A DNA stretch of 64,000 nucleotides from Candidatus Obscuribacteraceae bacterium. GTDB lineage: Bacteria; Cyanobacteriota; Vampirovibrionia; Obscuribacterales; Obscuribacteraceae. Where the stretch lies: assembly GCA_044226015.1 (NCBI GenBank), contig JBGAHS010000004.1, forward strand, positions 640,001-704,000, in the 5' to 3' direction. How positions within the stretch are numbered: the first letter of the stretch is position 1; each line of letters begins with the position of its first letter. Positions 49,461 to 59,082 of the stretch are shown here, in pieces. Below the pieces are notes generated by a model. It made no database searches and had not been told where the DNA came from. It saw only the letters and a list, made by a program, of their open reading frames with translations. The translations under genes were made by a program, and so were the position numbers.

Positions 49461-50279
49461 ATGTCCCTCGCTGCAAACAAAGGTTTCATAGGAAAGTCAT
49501 TGCTCTGCCTCGTTTTCGGGGTGATGCTTTGCACATCAACGGCGTCGGGGCAAAGCAGCGACGAGAATAAAGCTATTGATACTGGAACTTGTTCAGTCGG
49601 CGCTGCTTCTGAGAAGGCCGTTAATGCTGCTACCGGTATGGAAATGCGTCAGGTTGAGGTGCGCTCGGCAATTGATCTGCGCCCCGGAGTTGAGAACTCA
49701 ATCGATGGCGATTCTGCCGTGAATGTTGCTTTCCCTGGGGTAGTAAATAGACCTCCCGCAGCCGTAAACCGCGTTGCCGTGCCTGTTCCAATTCTCATAC
49801 CCGTAGCAGTTCCCGGAGCCGTGTCAGAGCCATCGCAACGCCCGCTAGAGCCAGTACGCAACAACTTAACTGTTAACAGGATGAATGGAGAGGTTCACTT
49901 CAAGCATTTGCAATCTCCTCATCTTGATCCGTCGCGTGCCCTTTTTATTGAAACCGGACCCGGAAATAGCTGGTGTGAGTTTAAGTTGCCCAACTGCACC
50001 GCCCGAATCGCCGCGCGATCCAAAGTTTCAGTTTTTCCTGACTCAGGAAGTATTTATTTGAAGAGTGGTTCGTTGATAGTAAGAGTGGAAAACTCAAGTA
50101 GCAGAAGGTTTTCCGTTGTTGCAGGAGATTTTGCCTGTCGGTTTCAGGGTACAACGCTTCGCGTTCAACGAGATGAACGAAAAGTGGATTTTCAGGTTCT
50201 CGAAGGAACGGTTACTGTGTTTAATCGCGTGACGGGAGAAGTAACTCGAGCTAGCCAAGTCACTCGACCTGCCAAATGA
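49461..50279 (+). CDS. Secreted protein with FecR-like domain
   Basis: Signal peptide; IETGPG...ARIAARSKV...YLKSGSL...FQGTTLRV...VLEGTVTV. Confidence 0.75.
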   Translation: MSLAANKGFIGKSLLCLVFGVMLCTSTASGQSSDENKAIDTGTCSVGAASEKAVNAATGMEMRQVEVRSAIDLRPGVENSIDGDSAVNVAFPGVVNRPPAAVNRVAVPVPILIPVAVPGAVSEPSQRPLEPVRNNLTVNRMNGEVHFKHLQSPHLDPSRALFIETGPGNSWCEFKLPNCTARIAARSKVSVFPDSGSIYLKSGSLIVRVENSSSRRFSVVAGDFACRFQGTTLRVQRDERKVDFQVLEGTVTVFNRVTGEVTRASQVTRPAK

Positions 50280-50284
50280 TCTAA

Positions 50285-50649
50285 GGTGAAACGGTACCGC
50301 TTTGGACTCGGGACGGAAACGGTACCGTTTGAGTTTCGGGGAAATCTGCGCCGTGCCGCCGCAGAAAAACATGAAAACTGTATCGGTACCGTTTGAGTTT
50401 TGAGGAAAATCTGCGCCCCTGCCGCCGCAGAAAAACATGAAAACCGTACCGGTACCGTTTGAGTTTTGGGAAATCCTGCCGCCCCTGCCGCCGCAGAAAA
50501 ACATGAAAACTGTACCGGTACCGCTTGAGTTTTCGGGAAAATCTGCGCCCTGCCGCCGCAGAAAAACATGAGAACTACACCGCCTTGGACTCGGGATGGA
50601 AACTTTACCGATCGGGTTCGTAACGGAAACGGTACCGCTTCCGTTACGA
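50285..50649. repeat. Mixed array of 28-bp and 64-66 bp CGGTACCG-family units ending in a 32-bp near-perfect palindrome
   Basis: Cores at 50292, 50320, 50384, 50450, 50516 and 50630; TCGTAACGGAA-A-CGGTACCG-C-TTCCGTTACGA at 50618-50649. Confidence 0.93.
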
Positions 50650-50680
50650 GACGAGAGTTACCTCTAGTCATCCAATTGAA

Positions 50681-51700
50681 GTGTTGGAATTTGACGACTT
50701 AGGATTGGAGTGTCAGCCATCCGAGGGTCTCTACATGCTTACAACAGTAGTTGAGTCAGCAATTGGAAAACTCGGCGGGCCATTTAGCCGGGCCTTTCTT
50801 GGACAGCCTTGCAGAAAGGAGATGGGCGACAGAGGTGTCGTTCGCGGCAGAAGTGGCAACGTCTACAAACTTGAAAGTGTGCTCGGAATTGGCGGACTGA
50901 GTGTCGTATACAAAGCCATAAGAGTGAATGACGGACAAGCCGTGGCTCTGAAAGTTGCTGACGTCCAGAAAGCGCCTGAAGCGCAAGATTTACTAAAAAG
51001 AGAAGCCCAACTTATGGAAAGGCTTCAGCATCACAACATTGTGAAACTTTATGAGGCGGGTGCCACTACAGATGGTGACCCATTCATTGCGATGGAAATA
51101 CTAGAAGGTCAGACACTCGAACAAGTTTTGATAGCAGAGACCTATCTGGATGCAGAGCGCGTTTTGAGCATTGCTCTCCAGGTAGCGGCGGCAGTGCAGT
51201 ATGCACATGAGAAAGGTATTCTTCATCGTGATATAAAGCCCTCTAACATAATGTTGATGAAGCGAAACGGTTTCGAAAAAGTTGTTGTATTTGATTTCGG
51301 AATTTCATTGCCGGTCGGCGAAGACGGAAATTCGCTTGACCAGACGAGTAGCGGCAGTTTGCTTTATGCGTCTCCCGAGCAGCTCAAGGAGCAAACCAGC
51401 ACCTACAACACTGATGTTTATCAGCTGGCACTTGTAATGTTTGAGGCTATGACGGGACGTTTGCCTTTTGAGATATCTATCTCTGGGGCTATCGCATATC
51501 GAAAGGGTCCCGGACCTGTGCTTCTCAGCGATGCCGAGCTGGGTGAGCAACGGCTTTTCCCTGCTGTTCGTTGCGCCCTTGAGTCTGCTCTTCAGCGTGA
51601 TAACCGTAAAAGAACCCAAAATATGCGCAGCTTCCTGCAGGAACTCGAATTCGTCTGGGAAGAGGTAAGCTCGATTTATTTCCATGCGACAGCTGTTTGA
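50681..51700 (+). CDS. Stand-alone cytoplasmic Hanks-type Ser/Thr kinase
   Basis: GIGGLS, VALK, HRDIKPSN, DFG, YASPEQ; no TM helix; the true start is probably downstream. Confidence 0.88.
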   Translation: MLEFDDLGLECQPSEGLYMLTTVVESAIGKLGGPFSRAFLGQPCRKEMGDRGVVRGRSGNVYKLESVLGIGGLSVVYKAIRVNDGQAVALKVADVQKAPEAQDLLKREAQLMERLQHHNIVKLYEAGATTDGDPFIAMEILEGQTLEQVLIAETYLDAERVLSIALQVAAAVQYAHEKGILHRDIKPSNIMLMKRNGFEKVVVFDFGISLPVGEDGNSLDQTSSGSLLYASPEQLKEQTSTYNTDVYQLALVMFEAMTGRLPFEISISGAIAYRKGPGPVLLSDAELGEQRLFPAVRCALESALQRDNRKRTQNMRSFLQELEFVWEEVSSIYFHATAV

Positions 51701-51946
51701 CAGCATTCTCTGACGTTCTTCGCCTCATATATGCGACTGTTGAATCGTTTTGTCAGCATCTGAAGCCTGCCTCCCACGTTTTAATCTTTTTTCCAATGGC
51801 TTTGTTGGAAATCTGACTACTAAAGTGTAATTGTGGTGGTATAACGCTTTAAGAGGTTTCCAAGCGGTCGGGTGAGTTCACTTTCTATCAGAGATTTTTC
51901 ACTCCCTCGTTGAACCGTTTGAGCCCTTTCCTGGAGGTCCTCAGCC

Positions 51947-53338
51947 ATGAAACCGCAGATTACAAGGCTTTCGGCCTGGCTCTCGCTGGTTATAGTTTCT
52001 GGATATGTAATCTGCCCAACATTTTGTCGGGCTGATGCCACGGGAATCTCGGGTCCAGCTCCCGGAACCATGGCAGCTAAGACTGGACTGCAAGCGCTAC
52101 AAGCGCTTGGATTGGTCAAGACTGCAGTAGGTCTGGTCAACCGTCGTGAACCCGACGGCGACGAGACTTTTGGTCCAGCAAAGGCATGCAAGAAGGGCGA
52201 TCAACTTCTTGAAGGCAGTCTCGTCGAAACTGGCAATAAATCTTTTGCAGATTTAGCATGGAGCGGCACAACGACACGCTTATGGCAAAACAGTATTATC
52301 AGAATTCTTCCTTGTGCGAAAACTGTTCACCTCGTGAATGGTGGAATGGTCTTTTACAAGTCTCGCAATTGTAAGGAAGCCGAGTGTATTGTTGAAACAA
52401 AGCGACTTCAGGCGCGAATTCGAGGAACATCAGTTAGATTCCTCACGAGCGATGACGTAGACTCGGTCCTTGTTCAGGAAATGGGCGGCAAAGACGCTGT
52501 AGAAATCTTTAATAAGGTGAATGGTAGCCGAGTATCACTTGCTGTAGGAGTAGTCCTGGAAATTCGCGGAAAGGTAATGAATCCTGACCCGAAATTCTTC
52601 GACAAGTCGCAGGCACAGGACATCACGCCTACAGCTAATTTGAAGCTCAACCCCAACAAGGGCGAGCTAATTTTCCAAGACAAGCAGTCGCAGACTGTGG
52701 CTTATACAGCCAATGCAAAGGCTGTTCTGGAAGATCCAATTCTTCATGGAACAAATGGCAATTCTGAATTTGATTCGATGGATCTTATTCGCACAGCGAT
52801 GAGCAAAGTGCCCACAGGCGACGACATGTTTGGCAACTTCATGGACCTCGCTTTCAATGCAGGAAAGCCTGACAAACTCATTAGCAAGAACTTCAAAATT
52901 CTCGGAGTTCCAACAAAGAGCAGCTATTTTATTGGACCAAATGTCGGGGGCGACAAAGCTATTCCCCTTCCTGAGATGGCATACGCTGACTTCCCTCCAG
53001 GTGGCGTGATAACCGCGCTTCAAGCTGGCTTGAACACAAAGCAAGTTGCACAGATGAAGGTTAGCGCACCTGTTGCGCTGCCAATGCTACACGACCAAAC
53101 TCCTCCTGCTGAGCTCAGTCTCAACGATGTAGCAACGGCTGGTGCAGACCAGATAGCTCCGCTGGTAACCCATAGTGAAGATACTGCACCGAATGCGGTG
53201 GCTGATACACTTGGCGCGACTACGTTCAAGAGTGAGTCGCCATCATCGGTTCCGCTAAAAAATGGAATCGGAAAAATTAATAGTCTAAATGATGTCGTTA
53301 GCAAATCTAATAACGACTCGGACAGACGAGCAAACTGA
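51947..53338 (+). CDS. Secreted FecR-domain protein
   Basis: Signal peptide; GDQLLEGSLVETGNKSFADL...RLWQNS and VETKRLQARIRGT; GGAGG RBS upstream. Confidence 0.8.
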   Translation: MKPQITRLSAWLSLVIVSGYVICPTFCRADATGISGPAPGTMAAKTGLQALQALGLVKTAVGLVNRREPDGDETFGPAKACKKGDQLLEGSLVETGNKSFADLAWSGTTTRLWQNSIIRILPCAKTVHLVNGGMVFYKSRNCKEAECIVETKRLQARIRGTSVRFLTSDDVDSVLVQEMGGKDAVEIFNKVNGSRVSLAVGVVLEIRGKVMNPDPKFFDKSQAQDITPTANLKLNPNKGELIFQDKQSQTVAYTANAKAVLEDPILHGTNGNSEFDSMDLIRTAMSKVPTGDDMFGNFMDLAFNAGKPDKLISKNFKILGVPTKSSYFIGPNVGGDKAIPLPEMAYADFPPGGVITALQAGLNTKQVAQMKVSAPVALPMLHDQTPPAELSLNDVATAGADQIAPLVTHSEDTAPNAVADTLGATTFKSESPSSVPLKNGIGKINSLNDVVSKSNNDSDRRAN

Positions 53339-53347
53339 TAAATCAAG

Positions 53348-53386
53348 AGCGCCAGTGAATGTAAGAGCACTGGCGCTTGAATTTTT
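53348..53386 (+). terminator. Terminator-like hairpin
   Basis: AGCGCCAGTG / CACTGGCGCT 10-bp stem followed by TGAATTTTT. Confidence 0.5.
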
Positions 53387-53536
53387 GGGCTGATAAACGA
53401 TTAGAAATAGTATTGGGCGTTCTCTTCCACTTCGTGGAGAGCCCCATGTTGAGCGGCATTTACTAAGTTGTACCTGTTCTGTTTGCAAGCTGATTATGCA
53501 ACAAAATGGCGATAACTGTGTCAAATTGCCGAAAAG

Positions 53537-55933
53537 ATGGGCATAAAGCGGATGACGGGATTTGGATTTGGAATCGGATTGGAGGATAGGACGATCGCTG
53601 CTGATGGACAGATAAAGAAGGTCTCCTGGAGCCTTTTTGCTGTTTTTGTGGCTGTCGCCATAATATTCGGCTCTGTTTTGTCGTGCTCGGGAGTGCTTGA
53701 GCGACAGGAATTGCAGACCATCAACAAGCGATTTGAAGCAAGGCAGTGGTTAGTATGGTCGAAAGAAAGCTTGGCTCGACTGAATCCTGCTGCACTTTGG
53801 GACTGGCATGAGAAGCACGAACAGCCAAAAAAATGGTATGCCTGGGACTATACGCTGAGTTGGCTGATCGAAAACAATCATCCTCGAGTAAAAAACAAGA
53901 TAGTTATTTTCAATCACACCGTTGAAGACGAGCCACCACCTGAGGCAATTCAGCACTTTCCATGGATGGCTCCATTACTAAATTATCCGATTAGAAGAAA
54001 GACTGTTGCTGAAATGGTCGAACTGCTATCAAAAGCTGGTGCAAGGGCCATCATTCTGGATAACGATTTTCCGCAATATTCACCAGATGACGCCTATTTA
54101 GCGCAAGTTGTGCACAAAGCAACCAGCGGTGTCTATGGAAAAGAAACGCCTGTTTTCATGGTGCGGGCTCTGAACACTTCCAGTAACCCTCGTATGGTTA
54201 CAGTTCTGGCGCCGACAGCGCCTCTGGGGATTTTGGATGAATTGCAAAAGCTTGAACCAAACGTAGATGTAGAAGATAAATATACGGGCATGACTTGCGT
54301 TGATCAGGATGAAGATCAAGTTGTGCGTCGCGCCTGGACCGTGGTGGCACCACGACAAACTGAGCGCTATGACTCAGTGATAAAAAAGGCTTTGAAGTCT
54401 GTTGGGCAGCGAATCCCATCCGACCTTCCAGCGCGGATGGATATAGATTTTGTCGGCTTTCCAAATTCTGATCTTTTTCCGATTCATCCGATCAGCTCAC
54501 TTCTTGATCCAGAGTCGAAAGAACAGTTGCTCAAGAAAACTGGACCCATAGACGTTAAAGATGCCATCGTATTCATTGGTGATGGTATCACTGACGTCTA
54601 CAGCACTCCTTTTACTAACGAAGGTCTCAGTCTCATGAGCGGAACAGAAATCCTGGCGAATGCCATGGATTCTATCAGTCGGCATTCATGGCCCCAGCGC
54701 TTGAATGGTATCGCCTCCATTGTATATCTTCTCCTTGCCACTGTTGCCGGTGGCGCAGCTTGGTGTCTCTGGAAAGCTATACAGGAAAAATTCTATCCTA
54801 CTTCGACTGTTGATTTAGTTCGTCCTTCCGGTAGTTTATTCAGGCTAGCAACCGACACCTTCTTCTTTTGTGTGCTCGTAGCGGGCTCCTACTTCGTTGC
54901 TTGCCTTGCATTCTCTTATCTCGGTTTGATCGTTCCAATCATAGTTCCATCTCTTGCTCTGGGCCTGGGAGCTTTAGCCGCGATCGTTTGGGAGCGTGAA
55001 CGAGAACGGGAAGCGGCCTTTGCTTCCCAGCTGATCTCTCAGCAGGAAAAGCATGAGCTAGAACTCGATAAGGTTGAAGCGGAAATGGCTCGCCAGGAAG
55101 TTGAAGCTGAAAATCGTGAGATGTACCAGGATAGGAAGCGTCGTCACGAGTTCGTCCGAAGAATCAATCATGATCTCAACGCTCCTGTGAGTGTGTTGAA
55201 TTGGACAATTTCCGAATTGCAAATGATGGGGCTGGAGAATCAGCAAGCGAGAGACAAAGTCACTCGCCTTGTGAAGTCGTCAGACAAATTGTGCGAACTT
55301 ATAGATCAATTGGTGCAGTCATACGACTATGAGATTACTCCCGGTTTGGCGAATAATCAGGCTGCACTCTGCGACCTCACACAGGTAGTAGAAGATTGTG
55401 TTGATGGGCAGCAACCACTCGCTCAAAAGCATGATGACACTCTGGAATGGAATAAACCAGATCAAGTTCTCTGGGTGAAGGCTAATTCCCTGGAACTATC
55501 ACGAGTGGTTGATAACATCATTCGAAATGCTATCAAGCATAACCCGCCACATACGAGCGTTTTTGTGACTATGGATACTAACGGATCCTTTCACAAGATT
55601 CTCATTACCGATAGTGGCAAGGGCATCGCACCTGAACACTTAGGGCATATTTTTGAACCTGGTTACCGAGTTAATCCGGAACGTAAAGATGGTCATGGCT
55701 TGGGGCTCGACATAGCCAAGACCCTGATTGAAGCCATGGGTGGTGAGGTGTCCGTGACAAGCACGCTGGGAAAAGGCACCACTTTTCAGATTAAGCTGCC
55801 TGTCTGTTCGGAAGCACGAGCGATGCACAGCGACTTTCTCACAGATGAAACTCTAGAGGACAGTGCTGCGATAAATGACTCGAGAAAAAAGACTTTGACT
55901 TTGGAAACTGCGAATAAGGGAACCGGTGATTAA
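53537..55933 (+). CDS. CHASE2-domain sensor histidine kinase
   Basis: CHASE2 motifs (GARAIILD, DEDQVVRR, D.YSTPF, MSGTEILAN), TM helices, H-box INHDLNAP, N box NIIRNAIKH, G boxes DSGKGI and GHGLGL. Confidence 0.93.
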   Translation: MGIKRMTGFGFGIGLEDRTIAADGQIKKVSWSLFAVFVAVAIIFGSVLSCSGVLERQELQTINKRFEARQWLVWSKESLARLNPAALWDWHEKHEQPKKWYAWDYTLSWLIENNHPRVKNKIVIFNHTVEDEPPPEAIQHFPWMAPLLNYPIRRKTVAEMVELLSKAGARAIILDNDFPQYSPDDAYLAQVVHKATSGVYGKETPVFMVRALNTSSNPRMVTVLAPTAPLGILDELQKLEPNVDVEDKYTGMTCVDQDEDQVVRRAWTVVAPRQTERYDSVIKKALKSVGQRIPSDLPARMDIDFVGFPNSDLFPIHPISSLLDPESKEQLLKKTGPIDVKDAIVFIGDGITDVYSTPFTNEGLSLMSGTEILANAMDSISRHSWPQRLNGIASIVYLLLATVAGGAAWCLWKAIQEKFYPTSTVDLVRPSGSLFRLATDTFFFCVLVAGSYFVACLAFSYLGLIVPIIVPSLALGLGALAAIVWEREREREAAFASQLISQQEKHELELDKVEAEMARQEVEAENREMYQDRKRRHEFVRRINHDLNAPVSVLNWTISELQMMGLENQQARDKVTRLVKSSDKLCELIDQLVQSYDYEITPGLANNQAALCDLTQVVEDCVDGQQPLAQKHDDTLEWNKPDQVLWVKANSLELSRVVDNIIRNAIKHNPPHTSVFVTMDTNGSFHKILITDSGKGIAPEHLGHIFEPGYRVNPERKDGHGLGLDIAKTLIEAMGGEVSVTSTLGKGTTFQIKLPVCSEARAMHSDFLTDETLEDSAAINDSRKKTLTLETANKGTGD

Positions 55934-55934
55934 A

Positions 55935-56642
55935 ATGAGTAAGATACTAAAGATACTGATAGTAGAAGACGATGACGACTTCTCCAGCATCTTGAAACGA
56001 GTGATCGAGCAAGATGAAACGATGCAAGTCGTTAACGTGATTAATTGCGAGGAAGAAGCACTTAAGAAGATTCGAGACCCCAGCATCAAAGACTATGATT
56101 GCGTATTGCTTGACCTTCAATTGCCTTTTCGCGTTGGCGACAAGACGGTAAGTTCGCTTGCAGGCATTCGTATTCTTGAGGAATTGAGACACCAACATGG
56201 TTTTTATGGAACCATAATTGTTCTTACTAATTCTAAAGCCCCAGCTGATGGTCAGCGAGCTCTGGCAGCAGGCTGCGACGGTTACCTTTGTAAGCGCGCA
56301 AAGATCTCTGAAGTACAGGATATGTTGAATGAACTCCGCATGGCCATCAAAGGCGGTGTCATTGTATTCTCGACACCAATGAGGCATGTTTTCCTGCGTG
56401 ACGATATTAATGCCAAAGAAGCGCGCATGATGGATCTTCTGTCCTGCGGGAAAAGCTGGGCCGAAATCGCGCGCGAATTGGGTTACAAAACACCCAAAGC
56501 GGCAGCGAATGTCGGTGATCGAGTGTTTGACAAATTGTTGACTCCTGCCGATGCTGCGAAGGTTGCAGAAGAAGGGTCTAAGAAGAGACATAAGGCATTA
56601 GAAATCTGGAATTCCAGGCGTCTGAGCCACGCTCATTCATAA
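55935..56642 (+). CDS. Response regulator with REC domain and divergent LuxR-like HTH
   Basis: ILIVEDDD, VLLDLQLP, IVLTN, DGYLCK; C-terminal GKSWAEIARELG. Confidence 0.9.
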   Translation: MSKILKILIVEDDDDFSSILKRVIEQDETMQVVNVINCEEEALKKIRDPSIKDYDCVLLDLQLPFRVGDKTVSSLAGIRILEELRHQHGFYGTIIVLTNSKAPADGQRALAAGCDGYLCKRAKISEVQDMLNELRMAIKGGVIVFSTPMRHVFLRDDINAKEARMMDLLSCGKSWAEIARELGYKTPKAAANVGDRVFDKLLTPADAAKVAEEGSKKRHKALEIWNSRRLSHAHS

Positions 56643-56835
56643 TTAGAGCTATCGCTTGCTCACGTACGTTTCCCTTATTGCTGTGCGTGGCTTTGCGCCT
56701 GCTCTTAATCACAGAATGGTATTTGCGAAAGCTGTGCTTGGACCTGGCGGGCTTAGTTCGTGTAGGTGCCTGTGTACTAGTGGACCACTCTTAAAGTGTG
56801 TGTGGTGTAGTGTGAACGGAGCCCGTTTCAGTGGA

Positions 56836-56955
56836 TACCGTTTCAGTTTCTATGCGTCAGGGCTCTGCCGAAGATTTTCACCGAAAGTGAAACGGTACCG
56901 TTAGAGTACTAAGATTTTTATGCGCCAGGGCTCTGTTCACCAAAACTGAAACGGT
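56836..56955. repeat. Degenerate long unit(s) of the CGGTACCG family
   Basis: GAAGATTTTCACCGAAAGTGAAACGGTACCGTTAGAGTACTAAGATTTTTATGCGCCAG aligns with the 48183 unit. Confidence 0.8.
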
Positions 56956-56958
56956 TGC

Positions 56959-57069
56959 GAGCGGATCCCGCATAGTGAGCGGATCCCGTATAGTGAGCGG
57001 ATCCCGTATAGTGAGCGGATCCCGTGTAGTGAGCGGATCCCGTATAGTGAGCGGATCCCGTATAGTGAG
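56959..57069. repeat. 6 x 18-bp tandem repeat GAGCGGATCCCGTATAGT
   Basis: Units at 56959, 56977, 56995, 57013, 57031 and 57049. Confidence 0.93.
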
Positions 57070-57206
57070 TAAGGAGCCCGTGTATTGTTAGATAAGCTTG
57101 TCGTTTTGTGAAATCAAGCGGTTTTTCTCTGCCGATGGCGCTCTTGCATTTATTTTAATGGGCACATACCATTTAATAAGTCGGGTAGTCATTAGGGACG
57201 TGTGCT

Positions 57207-59081
57207 GTGGACGAACCTCAAGTAGGTTCTACATTCGTTGACAAATACGAGTTTCTTCAGCCTCTTGGAAGAAGCGGAAATGGAAATTCGTACAAAATAA
57301 AAGAGCGCGGCACTGGCAAATTACTGGTAGTGAAAATTCTTTCGGACGAATTGCAACAAAACGAAAAACGAATGGCAGCTATGAAATCCGGTACCAGGGT
57401 TGCCGCAGCACTTGTTCATGCAAACGTTGCGAAGACAATCGAATTTACTAAAGATCGAAGTTATGGTTTCTACGTCTTGCGAGATTTCGTGGAAGGTCGC
57501 ACGCTGACTGAATTGTTGAAGTCCAAAGGTGTTCTCAACCAGGTTGAGTTTATGGATATCTTCTACCAGGCTGCTTCAGGCTTGGCCTATTTGCACCGAA
57601 AGGGATACGTGCATGGGCAGTTGAAGCCCAACAATATTATGATATCAACTGATTATGCGGTAAAAGTTGTTGATGTTGGGGTTCGACGAAACATTGTTTC
57701 GGCGCCGGATGGAAGCGAAGTAATTGGCGATGCGTACTATCTTAGTCCCGAGCAATGCCTTGGACAGGGGTTCGATCAGCGTGCTGATATTTACTCTTTT
57801 GCTTGCATGATGTATGAAGCGCTATCGCAGAATAAACCTTATGTTGGTTTGAATAGTGCTGAAATACGACAGCAACAAATCAAACAATCACCCACTCCTT
57901 TTGCGGAACTGGTGCCCGCTCGAAAAGTTGATTCGCAAATAGAATCAGTTATCATGCGCTGTTTGGCCAAAGATCCTGCAGCGCGATATCCCTCATTTGA
58001 TATTTTGCAGAGTGACCTCAGAAGAATTGAGCAAGGTGAAGATATCAAGCCAATTCCAAAAAATACTGGTTTGCCAGCAACAGTGCTGGTGGCAGCCGCG
58101 CTCTTTTTAATTCTTTTGATCGCTGGCGGTGTTTCGTTTTACTTTTCCATCAATGGCAAGCACATAGCAAACAACCAGATTCCACTTGGTGATCAAGCTG
58201 AGACAAGCGCTTCTGAATCCGCAGATGAAAAGAAAGCAGATGATTTGTGCGCTGAGAAAAACTATTCTGCGGCTGCTGAAATATTCAACAGGATTGAACC
58301 GATTATTGGTCAGCAGCAGGGAACTGGTAGTCGACAGCATCTGCGTGTTTTGCATAAACTTGCAAAAGCGCAGCTTTACGCGCACGATGTGGCTGCTGCG
58401 CGTGATACCTATGGTGTCCTTGTTCAGAATATTTTGCAGAACCCAGGGACAGTTCCGCCCGGATATCTCCCGCAAATGGAAGTCTATGCCATCTCAAAAG
58501 AATTGTTGGCTGCCGATTCGCTTGCCGCTGCCGGACGGGGTTTCTCTCTGGCTTTTGAGCTGGATAAAATGATGAATGGTGCTAAGTCCGATTCTCCGAC
58601 TCGGTATCATTTCTTGATCTGGGAGGCGAAGTGTCATGAAAAGCAAAAGAATTTTGATGCTGCAGAAGACTGTTTGGAAAAGTCTTTGCGGATATTTCGT
58701 GCTAACGGTACGGACCCTCGAAATCTTGCGTTTGCGCTTACCGAATATGGCAGAGAGCAAATGGACCGGGCTGAGTCATCACCCGATGCTATGGGGGACG
58801 AGCTCAAGCTTATGAGAAGCTCGGTTAGCTCCTTGAATGAGGCTGTTGAAATCCTCCGGGAGCAGAATTTGAAGGCAGAACTTCGAGATACTCGGCGACT
58901 TCTGATTGAAGCGCGTAGAAAATTCCGTGAATTGCGAGCCGACCACTCTAAAGGCGAAGGTTCAGATGAAGTCAGCGATGACGAAAATTCTGTCGATGGA
59001 AAATCTGCTGATAGAACTGTCGATGATAAATCTGCGGTCAAGAAATCTTCTGCTATGAAGTCTGGAAAGAAAAGCCGATGA
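57207..59081 (+). CDS. Membrane Ser/Thr kinase-like protein (probable pseudokinase) with TPR-like domain
   Basis: Kinase fold with HGQLKPNN in place of HRDxKPxN and DVG in place of DFG; YLSPEQC retained; TM helix and TPR-like helices. Confidence 0.85.
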   Translation: MDEPQVGSTFVDKYEFLQPLGRSGNGNSYKIKERGTGKLLVVKILSDELQQNEKRMAAMKSGTRVAAALVHANVAKTIEFTKDRSYGFYVLRDFVEGRTLTELLKSKGVLNQVEFMDIFYQAASGLAYLHRKGYVHGQLKPNNIMISTDYAVKVVDVGVRRNIVSAPDGSEVIGDAYYLSPEQCLGQGFDQRADIYSFACMMYEALSQNKPYVGLNSAEIRQQQIKQSPTPFAELVPARKVDSQIESVIMRCLAKDPAARYPSFDILQSDLRRIEQGEDIKPIPKNTGLPATVLVAAALFLILLIAGGVSFYFSINGKHIANNQIPLGDQAETSASESADEKKADDLCAEKNYSAAAEIFNRIEPIIGQQQGTGSRQHLRVLHKLAKAQLYAHDVAAARDTYGVLVQNILQNPGTVPPGYLPQMEVYAISKELLAADSLAAAGRGFSLAFELDKMMNGAKSDSPTRYHFLIWEAKCHEKQKNFDAAEDCLEKSLRIFRANGTDPRNLAFALTEYGREQMDRAESSPDAMGDELKLMRSSVSSLNEAVEILREQNLKAELRDTRRLLIEARRKFRELRADHSKGEGSDEVSDDENSVDGKSADRTVDDKSAVKKSSAMKSGKKSR

Positions 59082-59082
59082 T

